A stretch of DNA of 64,000 bases from Octopus vulgaris (Eukaryota): positions 80,414,001-80,478,000 of the forward strand of contig OX597821.1 in NCBI GenBank assembly GCA_951406725.2, in the 5' to 3' direction. The notes under the pieces are model-generated. The model was not told the DNA's origin. It saw nothing but the letters and a program-made list of their open reading frames with translations, and made no database searches. The position numbers and the translations under genes were made by a program. Of this stretch, positions 28,970-42,650 are shown piece after piece (position 1 is the stretch's first letter; the number at the start of each line of letters is the position of its first letter).

Positions 28970-29279
28970 TAGTTCACATATATACACAAAATAGGTGACC
29001 CTAACATGATACCTTACATGCTAAAAGGAACAAAGTCTATTTGTTTCATAATTATATGTTAATATTTAGCGCCCTTGCTAATGAAGAACACGGATAACAA
29101 ATTATTTTATTTGTTCATTAATGTTCGAAACCTGGGTACAAGTGGTAACTATAGAAAATGTTTTATCTTTCATCCCCTTCGAAATTACACTTAAGCATGG
29201 TCTAGACTTTGTCTCTTCCTTTTACCATGTAAGGGGTCCTGTTAGGGTCACCTTTTCGTGTATAAATGTACACTAATTT
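28966..29279. mobile_element. MITE-like element with ~40 bp imperfect TIRs
   Basis: Left AAATTAGTTCACATATATACACAAAATAGGTGACCCTAACA versus reverse complement of right AAATTAGTGTACATTTATACACGAAAAGGTGACCCTAACA. Confidence 0.7.
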
Positions 29280-29514
29280 TATATGAATAATATGTTGTCT
29301 ATTGACTATTTTATGCTAGGTCACTGGTAGAAAAATTCTCTAATTTTCCTACCCTATATATATTTTCTAAATATATATATACATAAATACATACATATAT
29401 AAGTAAGTATGTATGTATGTATGTATGTATGTATGTATGTATGTATGTATGTATGTATGTGTGTGTATGTATGTATATGTGTATATATATATGTGTGTGT
29501 GCGTATGTGTGTGT

Positions 29515-29707
29515 ATTATTATTAAAATTATTATTTAGGATATCTAAGAGATACCTCCACGCTGGAAATAGCAGCCAAAACTTGACTCTTAAACCACATT
29601 AAATGTTCATACCACACCATTTAATGTGGTTTTAGAGTTAAGTTTTGGCTGCTATTTCCAGCTTGGAAGTATCTCTAGATACCCTAAATTATAATTTTGA
29701 TAATAAT
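29515..29707. repeat. ~90 bp-arm inverted repeat (diverged hairpin)
   Basis: ...GCTGGAAATAGCAGCCAAAACTT...ACCACATTAAATG / CATTTAATGTGGT...AAGTTTTGGCTGCTATTTCCAGC... Confidence 0.9.
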
Positions 29708-30160
29708 TATTACCTTTGAAGGTTTTTATTCCCATGCTGGCCACTTGATAAGATCGATAATTAAATTAACGTACTTATCCTTATTTATATAAATTTATAT
29801 ATATGTATATGTATTTTTATATATATGTGTGTGTGTGTATGTATATATGTGTTTGTATGTATTTATGTATGTATGTATGCATTTATGTATATATATACAT
29901 ATATATATATATATATACGCTTGCCACTAGCCATTGCCCACCATATACACACATACACACACACGCACACACTCACACACACACCCCTTGTCATCTCGCA
30001 CACCTTTGTTTACCATTCCTTCTTTGATTCCGCTCTCCTGTTTTTGAAAACATGCTCCTTCTTTTTTACCACTTCCACCTTTTCAGTATGTGACCTCGTG
30101 AAGACCACTTGCATTGTTTTTCCCTCTGTCCTCCCACCTCGGGATCTTTCTTTCTCCTAT

Positions 30161-30195
30161 GTTTCCGACGAAGAGCTCCGCTCGAAACGTCATAC
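30161..30195 (+). ncRNA. Minimal type I hammerhead ribozyme variant (U4C, extra A)
   Basis: gttt-CCGACGA-A-GAGC-tcc-GCTC-GAAA-CG-TC-atac. Confidence 0.6.
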
Positions 30196-30311
30196 CCTCC
30201 TTCTTCCCTTTTTTCCTGAGGCGTCCAATAATACTTTATTTGTTCCACATCCTCGCGTTGTTGTCTTTTTGTTTTCTTGTTTGGATCAACTTTATATACA
30301 TATATATATAC

Positions 30312-30356
<45 letters not shown>

Positions 30357-30649
30357 TATATTATATTAAATTAGAGATAAAACCACTATTAGGCAAATCA
30401 AACAGTGAAAATCATAAGCCAATACATAGAAATAAGATTAATTAATAAAATATATAAAGATATAAAATATAAAATTCCAAATTAAAATATTTAAATTAAA
30501 GTTAAGATTTAAATATTTATTTAAATTAATAATTTAAACTGATAGATTTTAAATATATATATATATATATTTTATTATTATTTTATTTATTTATTTTTTT
30601 TAATTATATAACTATCAAAAAGGATTAAAAGTTTAATATAAGATAAAGA

Positions 30650-30712
<63 letters not shown>

Positions 30713-31042
30713 TGAACGAATCTAGATAAAGAAATATGTGATGACTATTATTTATATCTTGTCTTATATGTGTGCGTGTTTGTAAACGCATGCATTTATA
30801 AATACTAGCAGAGAAAATACACACACACACACACAGATAAAATACTTCCACATTTACCAATTCCTGAAAAATCTACAAAACTCAAGTAGAAATCTTCACT
30901 AGAATACTGTTCAGTTGAACATGAGACTGTGTAGCTGCTAAACGCAAATATTCTCTGCCCAACCAAAATTTGTTAGAAATATTCTTCACCACCAACTGCT
31001 AATATAGCTTATTAAACAATACCTCACAAGAAATACACAGAT

Positions 31043-31080
<38 letters not shown>

Positions 31081-31678
31081 CACACACATACACACACACA
31101 CCACCACCACCACCACATCACACCACACACACACAAGTTCACACACCTCTGGTTAACACGGCTTCGGCTCCTCTGAAGAGGTGGGCTACTTATAAACTTT
31201 TCATATGATATAAGCTTTTATTAAGCACACACCTATATAACTGCACCCATAACACATGCTATTTATTTAAACTATTCTTTTATTCACAAAATTCGAAATA
31301 ATCGATTGAGTAGGATAATGTACAAAGCTAACACCGTGTCTATTAGCGAATGACTATTTAGGAATAAGCAGAAAAATAAGCAAATCTGACCATTTGTTTT
31401 ATTTAAAAACCAGTTTTATTCTAAATTGTTATGAAAAGTTATGAAAAGTCAATGAAAAATCAATCGGCAGTTTTTATTGGAGCTTTCTCCTTTTTGTGTT
31501 GTTTTCAGATTTTAAAGCAGCCCTAGAATGGAATAAGATTATTGCTGATATTTTAGACGCTGATGGTTTGGTACGAATGAAAGGACCTTCAACCTGTTTA
31601 GGTGACAGTACCTTTTGATACTTGCAGCAAAAACAACGCCAAGAGAGCGGAAATAAACATATGCAGACACAGAATAAG

Positions 31679-31756
<78 letters not shown>

Positions 31757-31757
<1 letters not shown>

Positions 31758-33810
31758 AACTTAGATAAACTTTGATATGTTTCGACCAATGATTGGTCCA
31801 GGCCATGTCTAACTTAATAGCACCACCTGACAGGATTATTTGAATCCTGTTTAAGTCAAGTTTTGTTTATGGTCCATTCAAGTAGTGAGTTTTTGTTCGG
31901 TGAGTTGTATCCAATTATGGGTGGCTTATCTGGTATTCCTTGAAGGAATCTATCCAGACTCCGTTTAAAGTTGATGGGATCCTTTTCCTCTTTGATCTCT
32001 TTCGGGACAATGTTAAATAGGGCAGGGCCTGTTGAGGAAAAGAAATTATGTTGCAGTGTACATGTATGCTGTGATCTTGAATTGGGCAGGGGATGTATGG
32101 CCCGTGGTCCCAGTTTTGGATGAACCTTGAAGCTAATGTTCAGGTTGTTTGGGCAAAGTTGGCGGTATATTCTCCACATCGTACAAATGATGTACCGCTC
32201 ACGGCGACGCTGGAGAGAGTAGAGTTTCAAGGCTTTAAGGCGATCCCAATAATCGAGAGCAGCCATGCCTTGAATTCGTTTAGTGAGTGCCCTCTGGGGT
32301 GATTCAATCCTCGAGATGTTTTGTGTTGTATGGGAAGACCACAGTGGGCAGCAATATTCGAGGTGTGGCCGTACAAAGGAGGAGAAAAGTGGTATGATGA
32401 CACCTTGTTCTCTGAACCGGAAAGTTCTTAAGATCCAGGAACTCATCCTACGAGCTATATCGACCTTATTGTTGATGTGTGCACTCCAACTGAGATCGTC
32501 ATCAACAATTACACCCAGGTCTCTGATATTGTTAGAGGCTGTGAGCGGTTCCCCTGAAGGAAGAAAGTATGGCTGTTTTAGTGAGGAATTTCTTCCAAAA
32601 TGCATCAGCTCAAATTTTCCCTCGTTCAGTTGCATTTTGTTTCTGTCTGCCTATTGACTCACAGCATATAGATCAGACTGGAGTTGAGTTCGGTCTGCTT
32701 CTTCATTGACGATTTGCCGGAGCTTAGTGTCATCAGCAAATATTTTCACTTTGCAGTAATGTACGACACTGGAAAGGTCGTTTATATAGATTATGAAGAG
32801 TAGCGGACCCAAGAGAGTCCCTTGGGGGACACCGCTGGTCACTTTTGCTGGGCTTGAGTGGATTCCATCAACTACAACATGTTGTGTTCTATTCGCCAGG
32901 AAATACTTGATCCAGTGTAGAACTTTTCCGCGGATTCCAACATTTGCCAATTTTGAGAGTAGGATATTATGGTCTACCCTGTCGAACGCTTTACTGAAGT
33001 CAAGATATATGACGTCAGAGTTCGAACCTGTTCCCAAGGCTTTGAGTACATCATCAATGTGGTGTAAGAGCTGTGTTAGACAGTCCCTGCCACAGCGAAA
33101 GCCATGCTGATTTGCATTTAGGAGTTTGTGGGTCTCCAGGAAGTCAGCTATCCTTGATCTTAACACTCTTTCAAACACTTTGATGATGTGGGAGGTGAGT
33201 GAGATTGGGCGATAGTTGAGTGCGCGGGATCTGTTTCCCTGTTTTAAAACCGAGATGACTGACTGGGATAGAAACTGTTTCGGTATATAACCTGCGTCTA
33301 ACGAATTTCTTCAGAGGTTGGTCAGAGGGACTGCAAGTTGGTGTCTACATTCCTTCAGGAGACTAGCGGGGAATCTATCAGGGCCTACAGCAGAGTAGTA
33401 TTTGATCTCATTTATTGCTGCTACGATGTCAGTGGGAGTGAAGGTTATGTCTGAGATTTTATGTTGGGAGTCAACTTCGTTCGCTTCTCTTACGTCAATA
33501 TCAGTGGGAACACTAAAGACAGAGCAGTATTGTTTCTGCAGTATTTCTGCCATTTCTTTAGCATCGTGTTGGAGAATGCCGTTATCATCAATCAATGGCC
33601 CAATGGGTGAGACAGTGGTTCTATGCTTATTTGCATAAGAATAGAACACTTTTGGTTTCTGTTTGATGTTTTTGATTACCCACTGTTCCTCCACAGCTCT
33701 TTGATTTTCAATGGAGGTTTTCATGTCGGTCTGCAGATGAAGTTTTTCCAGCTCTAGCCTTTTCATTGTTGTTGAATTTGGATGTTGTATGTGGGAATAT
33801 TTTAATTGGT
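31757..33810 (-). mobile_element. 5'-truncated CR1-clade LINE (RT), one reading frame with two in-frame stops
   Basis: QHGFRCGRDCLTQLL, YLDFSKAFDRVDH, SGVPQGTLLGPLLF, IFADDTKL, VRPHLEYC and FKRSLDRFL. ORFs 33311, 32651 and 31856 share a frame. 3' UTR hairpin GACCAAT/ATTGGTC lies next to (TA)n. Confidence 0.93.
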
Positions 33811-33844
33811 TGATTTTTTTTGTTGAGTCTTTTGATGCGCCTGA

Positions 33845-33990
33845 TGAGTTCAAATTCCGCCGCGGTTGATTTTAACTTTCATCTTTTCGAGGTCGATAAA
33901 ATAAGTACCAGTTAAGCACTGGGTGGGGGGGGTCGCTGTAATCGACTTAACCCCTTCTTCAGAATCGCCAGCCTTGTGCCAAAATTTAAA
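33845..33990 (+). mobile_element. Family B SINE fragment
   Basis: GAGTTCAAATTCCGCC...GTCGATAAAATAAGTACCAGTT...GCCTTGTGCC. Confidence 0.8.
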
Positions 33991-34438
33991 ACAATTTTTT
34001 TTAAAGAGATTATACAAGCCCTGTTCACCCTCCTTGGAATAACTAATAAAATACACACAAAATCATTTCAAATCCTTGTATGTAATATTTCAGTATTTTA
34101 GACCAAACCTAACTTCAACACAACTTGGGTAAAACCCATGGCAGTGTGATCAATGGAATACAGAAAATGGTTTGTTCATTTCACTCTTTCCAATGGAAAA
34201 TGAGCTTCCAGTGATGAATGCAGCTCGTTTATGTACAAGGAGATAAAATACTGGTTATGAACAGGATTTAGTGTATATAAATATATACTTTCAAACTTAG
34301 CACTCTTTCACCGTATGCACATTTTATATTGAACAGTTTTAAGGAATTTTTTAGTATTTAAACAATATGTATGTAAGTATGTATGTATGTATGTATGTTT
34401 GTATGTATGTATGCATGTATGTATGTATATGTGGGTGG

Positions 34439-34501
<63 letters not shown>

Positions 34502-35042
34502 TTCAGAATAAACAACAGGATATCCTTTTTTATGTCTAATGAATCCTAAGCTGAAGTGGAGGCAGCATGGACTTTGTCTGTCTTCTTATTCTATGAGAGT
34601 ATTTAAGTAAAACTATATTAAAGTGTCCGACTGATTAAAAAAATATATTTATCTATAGCCCTGCGTTTAAATTGATCTAATCATTGCATTGTTCAATTAA
34701 ATGGAGCCACTTGAAACGGTCGTATTGCATCACCTCTGGATATCCTATTGCTAATCTTGATTTTATTAACTTTTTTTATTTATACGGGTAATACCACACT
34801 AATTTTTAGTGCTTGAACTAAAGTACTTAATTCAACTGAATCTCAATATATATATATATTTGAAGGTGATTATAAGAGGAACGTTCGTTAGAGATTTCCT
34901 CTGGCCTTTTTCTGGGTATTGCAGGAAAAATAACTTGTACAGATATAATCATGCATGTCTCTACACGTCACATTGTAAATTGCAGCTTTCCACTAGGATT
35001 TGTTTGGCTTTTACGGCTGCTGAAGTGGAGTAAGATGTTATA

Positions 35043-35102
35043 ATGGGGGCAGTTAAATGCAGATCAGTAATCAGGTTCTTATACTTGAAAGGTCATACAC
35101 CA
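35043..35102 (+). mobile_element. Mariner transposase N-terminus relic cut by the Penelope insertion
   Basis: MGAVKCRSVIRFLYLKGHTP. Confidence 0.55.
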
Positions 35103-36196
35103 ATGCGGTTAGAAAATGCCTCTAGGTGTTTCTCCAGCCAGCCATTTCCTAACCGCATTAACAAGACCTTCATTACGGAATCGCTCAAGTTCATTCTGAC
35201 AAACAATTATTTCCTCTTCGAAAACACACACATGTGGTATCGCGATGGGTGCCAAAGCTGCACCAGTCCTAGCGAACCTCATAATGGATTTCTTCGGATA
35301 ATCACTCAATGAGATAACACGCCAGAAATTTGGACACCTTTTCCACATCTACTTAATGAAAAACTGGAAAAGATACATAGATGATTGTTTCATCATCTGG
35401 AAAGAATCTTATGAAAAACTTCTGGAATTCAAAACCACACTGAACAACATACATCCCACCATTCAATTCACTATGGCATTCAGCAAACATCATCTCCCTT
35501 TCCTTGATCTCTTAATTATAAAAACACCTAACAACCAAATCACAACAGACATCTACCACAAACCTACAAACTCGCAACAATACCTCCTCTTAATTCATGC
35601 CACCCAAAACACACCAAGATAAATATCCCTTTCAACTTAGCTAAAAGGGTATGCACCATTATCTCGGATCCAAAAACTCGAGAAATACGCCTTCAAGACC
35701 TCAAAAAAAAAACACTATTACAACGCCAATATCCCCCCACACTCATAGACTATGGAATAAAACATGCCAAAGAACTAGACAATAATACACTGAAAACCAC
35801 CAAACACAGTAACACACCCAACCCCCAAATACTTCCATACATTTCCACCCACAACCCCCAAAACATCGAAGCATACACCACAATCATACAAAACCTCCCC
35901 TTACTGTCCACAGACCCAAAAATGAATAATATTATCAATACACATAAAATCCTTAAATGCAAAAGGCAACATAAATCTTTGAAAAAACTCTTGACAAATG
36001 CTAAACTTCACACACCACATCCACCCCCATCAGTTAAAAAATGTGCACGCCCTAACTGTGGTACCTGCCCCTTCCTCCTTGAAGGCTCTGAATTTACTTT
36101 CAAACAAGGAACAAAGTTTAAAATCAAGACCAACTTCTCCTGTTCCTCCGAGAACCTCATCTACGTTCTCACATGCGCCGGTTGCCAACACAATTA

Positions 36197-36375
36197 GTTA
36201 GTTAGTTAGTTAGTTAATTTTATGGCTCAAAAAGCAAAAAGCAAGGCCATGTAGGGGGACATGGAGTTATGTACAGGGTGGTGTTCATGTAAAGAGTTCA
36301 GGCCACTTGTGGTCAAGGGAGACTTTGAACCGAGCGGTCGTCGGCATCTTCACCATCTCGTCCGGCAGCTTATTC
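36197..36375 (-). mobile_element. Short CR1-type LINE 3' end inserted in the Penelope GIY-YIG domain
   Basis: Minus translation WNKLPDEMVKMPTTARFKVSLDHKW, (TAAC)n tail, and TSD CACAATTA at 36189-36196 and 36376-36383. Confidence 0.88.
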
Positions 36376-37027
36376 CACAATTATGTTGGGCAAACGAGCC
36401 TTCCTTTACGCAGAAGAGTAGCGATCCATAAAGAACAGATAAATCTCCCAGAATACCGTCAAATTCCACTAAGTAGCCACATAGACTCTTGCGCTAGAAA
36501 TAAAAATCCCAAATTTCACATATTCCCTTTCTACCAATGTAAAGACAGAATCTCTACACAAGAAAGAATAAACAAGGAGAATCTTTTTATTGAAAAATTC
36601 CAAACGCATCTTAATATGCAAACTCCACGATGACCATACCCTTTTTTCTGGCATCCGATCTGACAAAAAATTGATATAAGCATCCTGTTTGACAGAAAAT
36701 CCATCATTCCAATTAAAGAGCATAAAATCCACAGAATTGTCTCCCCTTACTCACAGGAACTGGTTAACTCCTACCCCATTTCCTGTTTTGACACACATTC
36801 ACCCAATCCTTTAAACGAAACACTACATTTAAGCACATGCATCCTAATCTCCCAAAGAAGTTTTTCCAAGGACTAATATTGAACTCTAAAGGCTTAAATA
36901 CACTACCATATATTGGTATACTTATTTATTAATTTTTGTATTTATGTATTATTATTTTTTTGAAAATAAACATTGTAAATTTCTTTTTCCCCTTCCTCAA
37001 TTTAAAAAAAAAAAATTTTTCCTTTCC

Positions 37028-37069
37028 AAATCTTGAAAATTTGCCTTGCGATGAAAACCGGTTTGATTT
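37028..37069 (+). ncRNA. Degenerate hammerhead-like motif in the Penelope 3' region
   Basis: aaat-CTTGAAAA-tttgc-ctt-gcgat-GAAA-ACCGGT-TTG-attt, with palindromic AACCGGTT. Confidence 0.35.
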
Positions 37070-37212
37070 CTTATTGTTTCTTTTTTCATTTTTCATACAC
37101 ACATTTTTATTAAAATTTACTTTCAATTTAGCATTCTGCCTTATTATAATTTTTCCTCTCCTATCATTTCTCCACGTGCGGTTAACACAACCCCATCATT
37201 TACTGACTTATA

Positions 37213-37249
<37 letters not shown>

Positions 37250-37825
37250 TTCCCATATTCATTATGAACTCAATGATCACTGCGAAATTCTTGACGTAAA
37301 TCCAGAGAAAACTATATCATAAATGTGGATGACATCAGCTCTTTCGCCGTTTAGGGATTGATAAGTTAAGTACCAGTTGCGTACTCGGGTCGATCTGATC
37401 GACCCGCCCCCTCCTCCAAATTTCGGGCCTTGTGCCTATAATAGAAAGGATTATTTATTTACTTTGATTTCCCTTTGATAATGTATTCTGTTTGGATCTT
37501 GACGAATCTGAGTGAAAGCAATGTTAAGGTGAACTCTGAGATTCCCAGGAACTTTATTCCAAATTCAAGAGATAAGACATCAGAGTTGTTATTATATTTA
37601 TCGGTAAGCATATTCCTCTGGGAATCTCTTCATATTTTTCTCAGAATACACAAAGAGACTGATCTTATTTATTTATTTATCTTTTTTTTTTTTTATTTGT
37701 TTGTGAGTTGCTTTAGTTTTATTATTAGCGTCTAACCCTTCGTGGGTAGACTGTAACTGCGACTCTGCTTCCAGACAGAATCTAACAACAGACAAATAAA
37801 TAACAATTCGTTACGATGACGATAT

Positions 37826-37864
<39 letters not shown>

Positions 37865-38464
37865 GGAGGAGGAGGAGGAGGAGTGGTAGAGGGCTTGCAG
37901 CGATGATACTAGGGGTGGTAGTAGTGGTGGTTAGAATGCTGATGTTGGTGATGGTTAAGGATATGGTGGTATTGATGGTGAAGAAAATGGCTACGATGAT
38001 AATAGTCAAGAAGGTGGTGATAGTGGCAGCAACGGCGGCGGTAGCGGCGGCGGCGGTAGCGGCGATGATAGCGGTGGTGGTGATGGCTTTTTTTTTCTTC
38101 ACATTATTTTCTAGGAGGATGGTGAATTGATAGAGCCATTAGAGCATCGGACAATTGGTTAGTGGTAACCATTCCGGCTCTCTAATGTTCGGAGATAAAA
38201 ATCTCACACAGGCCAAATTTCTTAATCAACTTACCAGAGTCGTTAAAATAAGTACCAGTCAAATACAAGGGTCGATTTAATCTATTAAACATCCGAACCC
38301 GCATGCACCATTTTTGGCTTAGTTTTCCTGATTTAGAAATCGTTTTAAGCTGAGGATTAACAAAAAACCTTTAGAGCCTCGACAAAATGCGTTGCGTTAT
38401 TTCGACCGAATTCTATAAACTGAATGACTATGTCTGTATCCACACACATACACACATGTATCAA

Positions 38465-38494
38465 CGTATATATGTATGTATGTATATATGAATG

Positions 38495-38528
<34 letters not shown>

Positions 38529-39270
38529 TGTATGTATGTATGTATGTGTATCTATGTATATATGTATGTATGTATATATGAATGTATGTATGTATGTATG
38601 TATGTATGTATGTATGTATGTATGTGTGTGTGTGTATGTATGTATGTGTGTGTGTATGTATGTATGCATGCATGTATGTATGCATGTATGTATGTATGCA
38701 TGTATGCATGTGTGTATGTATGTATGTGTGTATGTATGTATGCATGCATGTATGTATGCATGTATGCATGTGTGTATGTATGTATGTACGTACGTATGTA
38801 AGTATGTATGTATGTATGTATGTATGTATGTGTGTGTATGTATGTATGCATGTATGTATGTATGTATGTATGTATGTATGCATGTGTGTGTGTGTATGTA
38901 TGTATGTATGTATGTGTGTGTGTATGTATGCATGTATGTATGTATGTATGTATGCATGTGTCTGTGTATGTATTTATGTATGTATGTGTGTGTATGTATG
39001 TATGTATGTATGTATGTATGTATGTATGTATGTATGTATGTATGCATGTATGTATGTATGTATGTATGTGTGTGTATGTATGTATGTATGTATGTATGTA
39101 TGTATGTATGTATGTATATATGTATGTGTGTGTATGTATGCATGCATGTATGTATGTATGTATGCATGTGTGTATGTATGTATGTATGTATGTATGTATG
39201 TATGTATGTATGTGTGTGTGGGTATGTATGTATGTATGTATGTATGTATGCATGTGTGTGAATGTATGTA
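38465..39270. repeat. ~800 bp (TATG)n-type microsatellite
   Basis: Direct inspection. It is the source of the spurious MYVC/HTYI ORFs. Confidence 0.98.
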
Positions 39271-39484
39271 CGAGGGGATGATGAAAATTTCTCGGCTTTG
39301 GCTAAAAGAAACTACTGGAGGGTCAGTTAATTATGATTTTATTCGGCGTATTCCCCTCTCAGATTCACAGTTATTACAGCAGTTCTTCGGGTTTATTAAG
39401 TTCTGTAAAAGAACTTGGAAGGTTGAGTCTCCAACTAGGACTTTCGCGATAGCCTTAAGGCCCTGAACTCTTCAGCATCCCTTG
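39271..39484. mobile_element. Mariner-derived MITE
   Basis: TA|CGAGGGGATGATGAAAATTTC ... GAACTCTTCAGCATCCCTTG|TA. Confidence 0.75.
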
Positions 39485-40477
39485 TATATTCACTCTTTCT
39501 TTTTTTTCGGTTGTCTAACTTTTCTCCACTTTTCTTTATCTTTCACCATTCCTCTTTCTATAACACCCCCCTCCCCGCTAGCCCACAATCTTCTTGCAAT
39601 TCTCTCATCCTCTCTCTTCTCTCTCATTCTCGCCTTTTCTGCTTTTTGTCTTCCCTATTCCATCCTCCACATCCTCCTTCCTTTCATTGGGCTAGAATTT
39701 CACAAAAGACAAACTTTGCTTTTCATCCTTCCGGGGTCGTTAAAATAAAGTACCAGTGAAGGACCGAGGTCAGTTTAGTTCACAAGCCCCATCCTACAAA
39801 ATATCTGCCCTTTACTTCAAAATTAGAAACTATTTAGAGCGGGTGGATTTGCAAAATCGTTAGAGCTTCAGAAAGATGCTTTGCGGTATTTGTCCTACAC
39901 TTGGGCTCCGAGTTCCAATCACAAGCTTTCATCCTTTCAAGGGTCGTTGAAATTAACTACCACTACTAGCGGGGTTCTCTATAGGTATCTTTCTTTCTTT
40001 TACTTGTTTTAGTCATTAGGCTGCGGCCATGCTGGGCCACCGCATTGAAATATTTTTTAGTCGAATGAATCAACTCCAATACATTTTATTTTTAAGTGTG
40101 GTACTTATTCTATCGGTCCCTTTTTGTCGAACCACTAAGTTACGGGACATAAACAAAGCAATAATGGTTGTCAAGGAGGCGGTGTATGGGACGAACACAG
40201 AGACAAACACATACACACACAAACATGCACCCTCACGTACATGCTACAGTTTTAATTAAGTCTATTCAGAGTTGCCTCCCTGCAGTATTTCCTGTTGATA
40301 ACGGCTAAAGAGTTAGAAACATGTCTGGGAATCTAACAATGGGCTACACTGGACAAATTTGGTGATTTTACATCTTTTTACCAAAAGAGAGAAATTTTTC
40401 TCCACGATAGCTGCATTGGATTCGCCTTTACAAGTTGAAATACGTCGCAAACATGTGCGTGAGTATGTTTGCACACA

Positions 40478-40513
<36 letters not shown>

Positions 40514-40611
40514 AACTCACACACACACACACACATACATACACACAATCACACACCCACACACACACACCATATATATATATGTATGTATGTATGTATA
40601 TATGTATGTAT

Positions 40612-40702
40612 GTATTTTGCCGAACCACTAAGTGACGGGGACATAAACACACAAGTATCGGTTGTCAAACAATGCTAGGGGGACAAACACAGACACGCAA
40701 AT

Positions 40703-40755
<53 letters not shown>

Positions 40756-42021
40756 CGACGGGCTTCTTTCAGTTTCCGTCTACCAAATCCACTCACAAGA
40801 CTTTGGCCGGCTCGAGGCTATAGTAGAAGACACTTGCCGAAGGTGCCACACAGTGGGACTGAACCCGGAACCAAGCTACTTTATTTCATAAAATCTGTCA
40901 TATAGACAGTACAAAGATTGTGTAGCTTTGCGGGCTGGAGAAACACATTAATGAATGAAAATGAAATAGAATGAATAAATGAGAGACGAAACCCAACACC
41001 CACCGATTGGATTTTTCTCGAAAACATATTTTCTCTTTTTTTAAAAAATCAAGATGTGGTTTCAAACCTCTTACAAGAAGGAGGCACTAAAATCTCTTAC
41101 TTAACATGTTTTTTTTTAACCACACAATTGAGGCTATAAACCACTACAAATAATAAAATAAGATGAGGTTTCAAACCCTCGAACGAGGCTTTTTCACCTC
41201 CTACTCATCGATATATTCATCGATATATTCATCATTATCTTCAATGCCGCTTGAATTCCTGTATCCCACCATTTCCCACCCGGCCATATGTGACATTCCT
41301 CCCCAAATCCTTTAAGCCTTTCCCACAAGGGAAACCTTATGACCTCCACAGCTATCTGCGGAGGCCATTCGGGATCCCTTGTGAAGGGCATATCTACTGT
41401 CCCTTTATGTTCTACTATTTTTCCACCTCCCCGCCCTTGTAGAAAAAGATAATTAATTCATCATCTTTAAGGGTGGGGTCGTTTCTTCCCCCGTGGATGG
41501 CACAACTTCAGGACATGCAGACGGCACATCACCCCCCCCCCCCCTTGCGATGACCCGTTCTTTCTTTTTTCTTTTCTTCCTGACTTCGGGAGAGTGGAGC
41601 TCTTCCGCTTTGTCCGAAGTCTCTCCCCCACCGCCCGAAGCCTTAGAACAGACAGGGAATCCTTTGTATATTACTCCAACAGGTAATCCAATAGTCGGGG
41701 TTATTCTTGAAGTACTTCAGTTCAGTAAAATTCCACATTTTTTTAGCTAGATACGCCCACTAGAATTTACAAATTATTTGGCGAAAGAAGCCCACACCAA
41801 AGAATTTTCAAACAAATTCTCAATTCACCCTTATGCTGATGAGAACACAATATTTTTGCTCGCTATAGCGAGCCATAATTGACAATTTTTCTTTTTATTT
41901 TTTTTTCTATTCACGGAGCCAAAACTCACGTGTTCTCACTGTAACACTCCAGACCAACTAGTGCTGCATTCTGGGTAACTGGAAGTAAGCAAGCTACTTA
42001 CCACACAGCCACTCCTGCGCC
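40612..42021 (-). mobile_element. Family A SINE split by a ~1.1 kb insertion (40882-41983)
   Basis: SINE body lies at 40612-40872 and its head resumes at 41984-42021. CAAGCTACTT occurs at both borders. Confidence 0.65.
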
Positions 42022-42619
42022 TATATGTATAAATTTTGGTGGGGATTTCAGAAATTTTTAGCAGAAATAAGACCAACTTGGCAATCTTTCAAAGAACAGC
42101 AGCTAAAACATCTGCTGGTGACATACCATCACGTCTCTTTCAAGAAATACATATGAACGTGTTTCTAGGAAGCCATATTCTCCCATATCCTGTTTAGGGG
42201 CTGAAGTACTTCAACCCTGATCAGATTGTCCTCACCGCCTGCAGAGACTTTGCCGCTGTGAGCCTTTTACTTCATTGACAATGTCTCACTCACCGACAGC
42301 AAACATCTTCCATAATACGTACAACGGCTTCTATTTCTCAGAAGTTGTAAGGCTATATAATATTTCCATTAAAAGATTAGTAACAGAATGTCGACCTCGA
42401 AGGAATGTGAACTCAAAACGTAAAGGAATGTAGATAATTACTGCAAAATATTAATTAAACCCGCCACATCCTTCCTGCACCTCAACAAATACTCTTTAGA
42501 AAATGTAAACATACATGCATATATACATATATGCATGTATGCAAGCAAACATATATACATACATATATGCATGCATGCATGCATGCATGCTTGCATGCAT
42601 ACATACATACATACATACA

Positions 42620-42649
<30 letters not shown>

Positions 42650-42650
<1 letters not shown>

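Larger units (their letters stand above)
35107..37210 (+). mobile_element. Penelope-like element (RT + GIY-YIG endonuclease), 5'-truncated and frameshifted
   Basis: KFILTNNYFLF, GIAMG.KAAPVLANL, WKRYIDDCFIIW, LPFLDLLI, DIYHKPT, CARPNCGTC and NLIYVLTC...NYVGQT. A long 3' non-coding region ends at (TA)n. Confidence 0.92.

Noticed and set aside
31169-31316. CTGAAGAG with a distant CGAAATAATCGATTG and TCCT/AGGA
   Set aside because: The cleavage triplet and stem II register do not fit, so it is too degenerate to call.
38397-39466. Long ORFs (up to 294 aa) of MYVC/HTYI repeats, and similar ORFs at 3704, 18436, 44491 and 45068
   Set aside because: These are translations of stop-free microsatellites and give no coding evidence.
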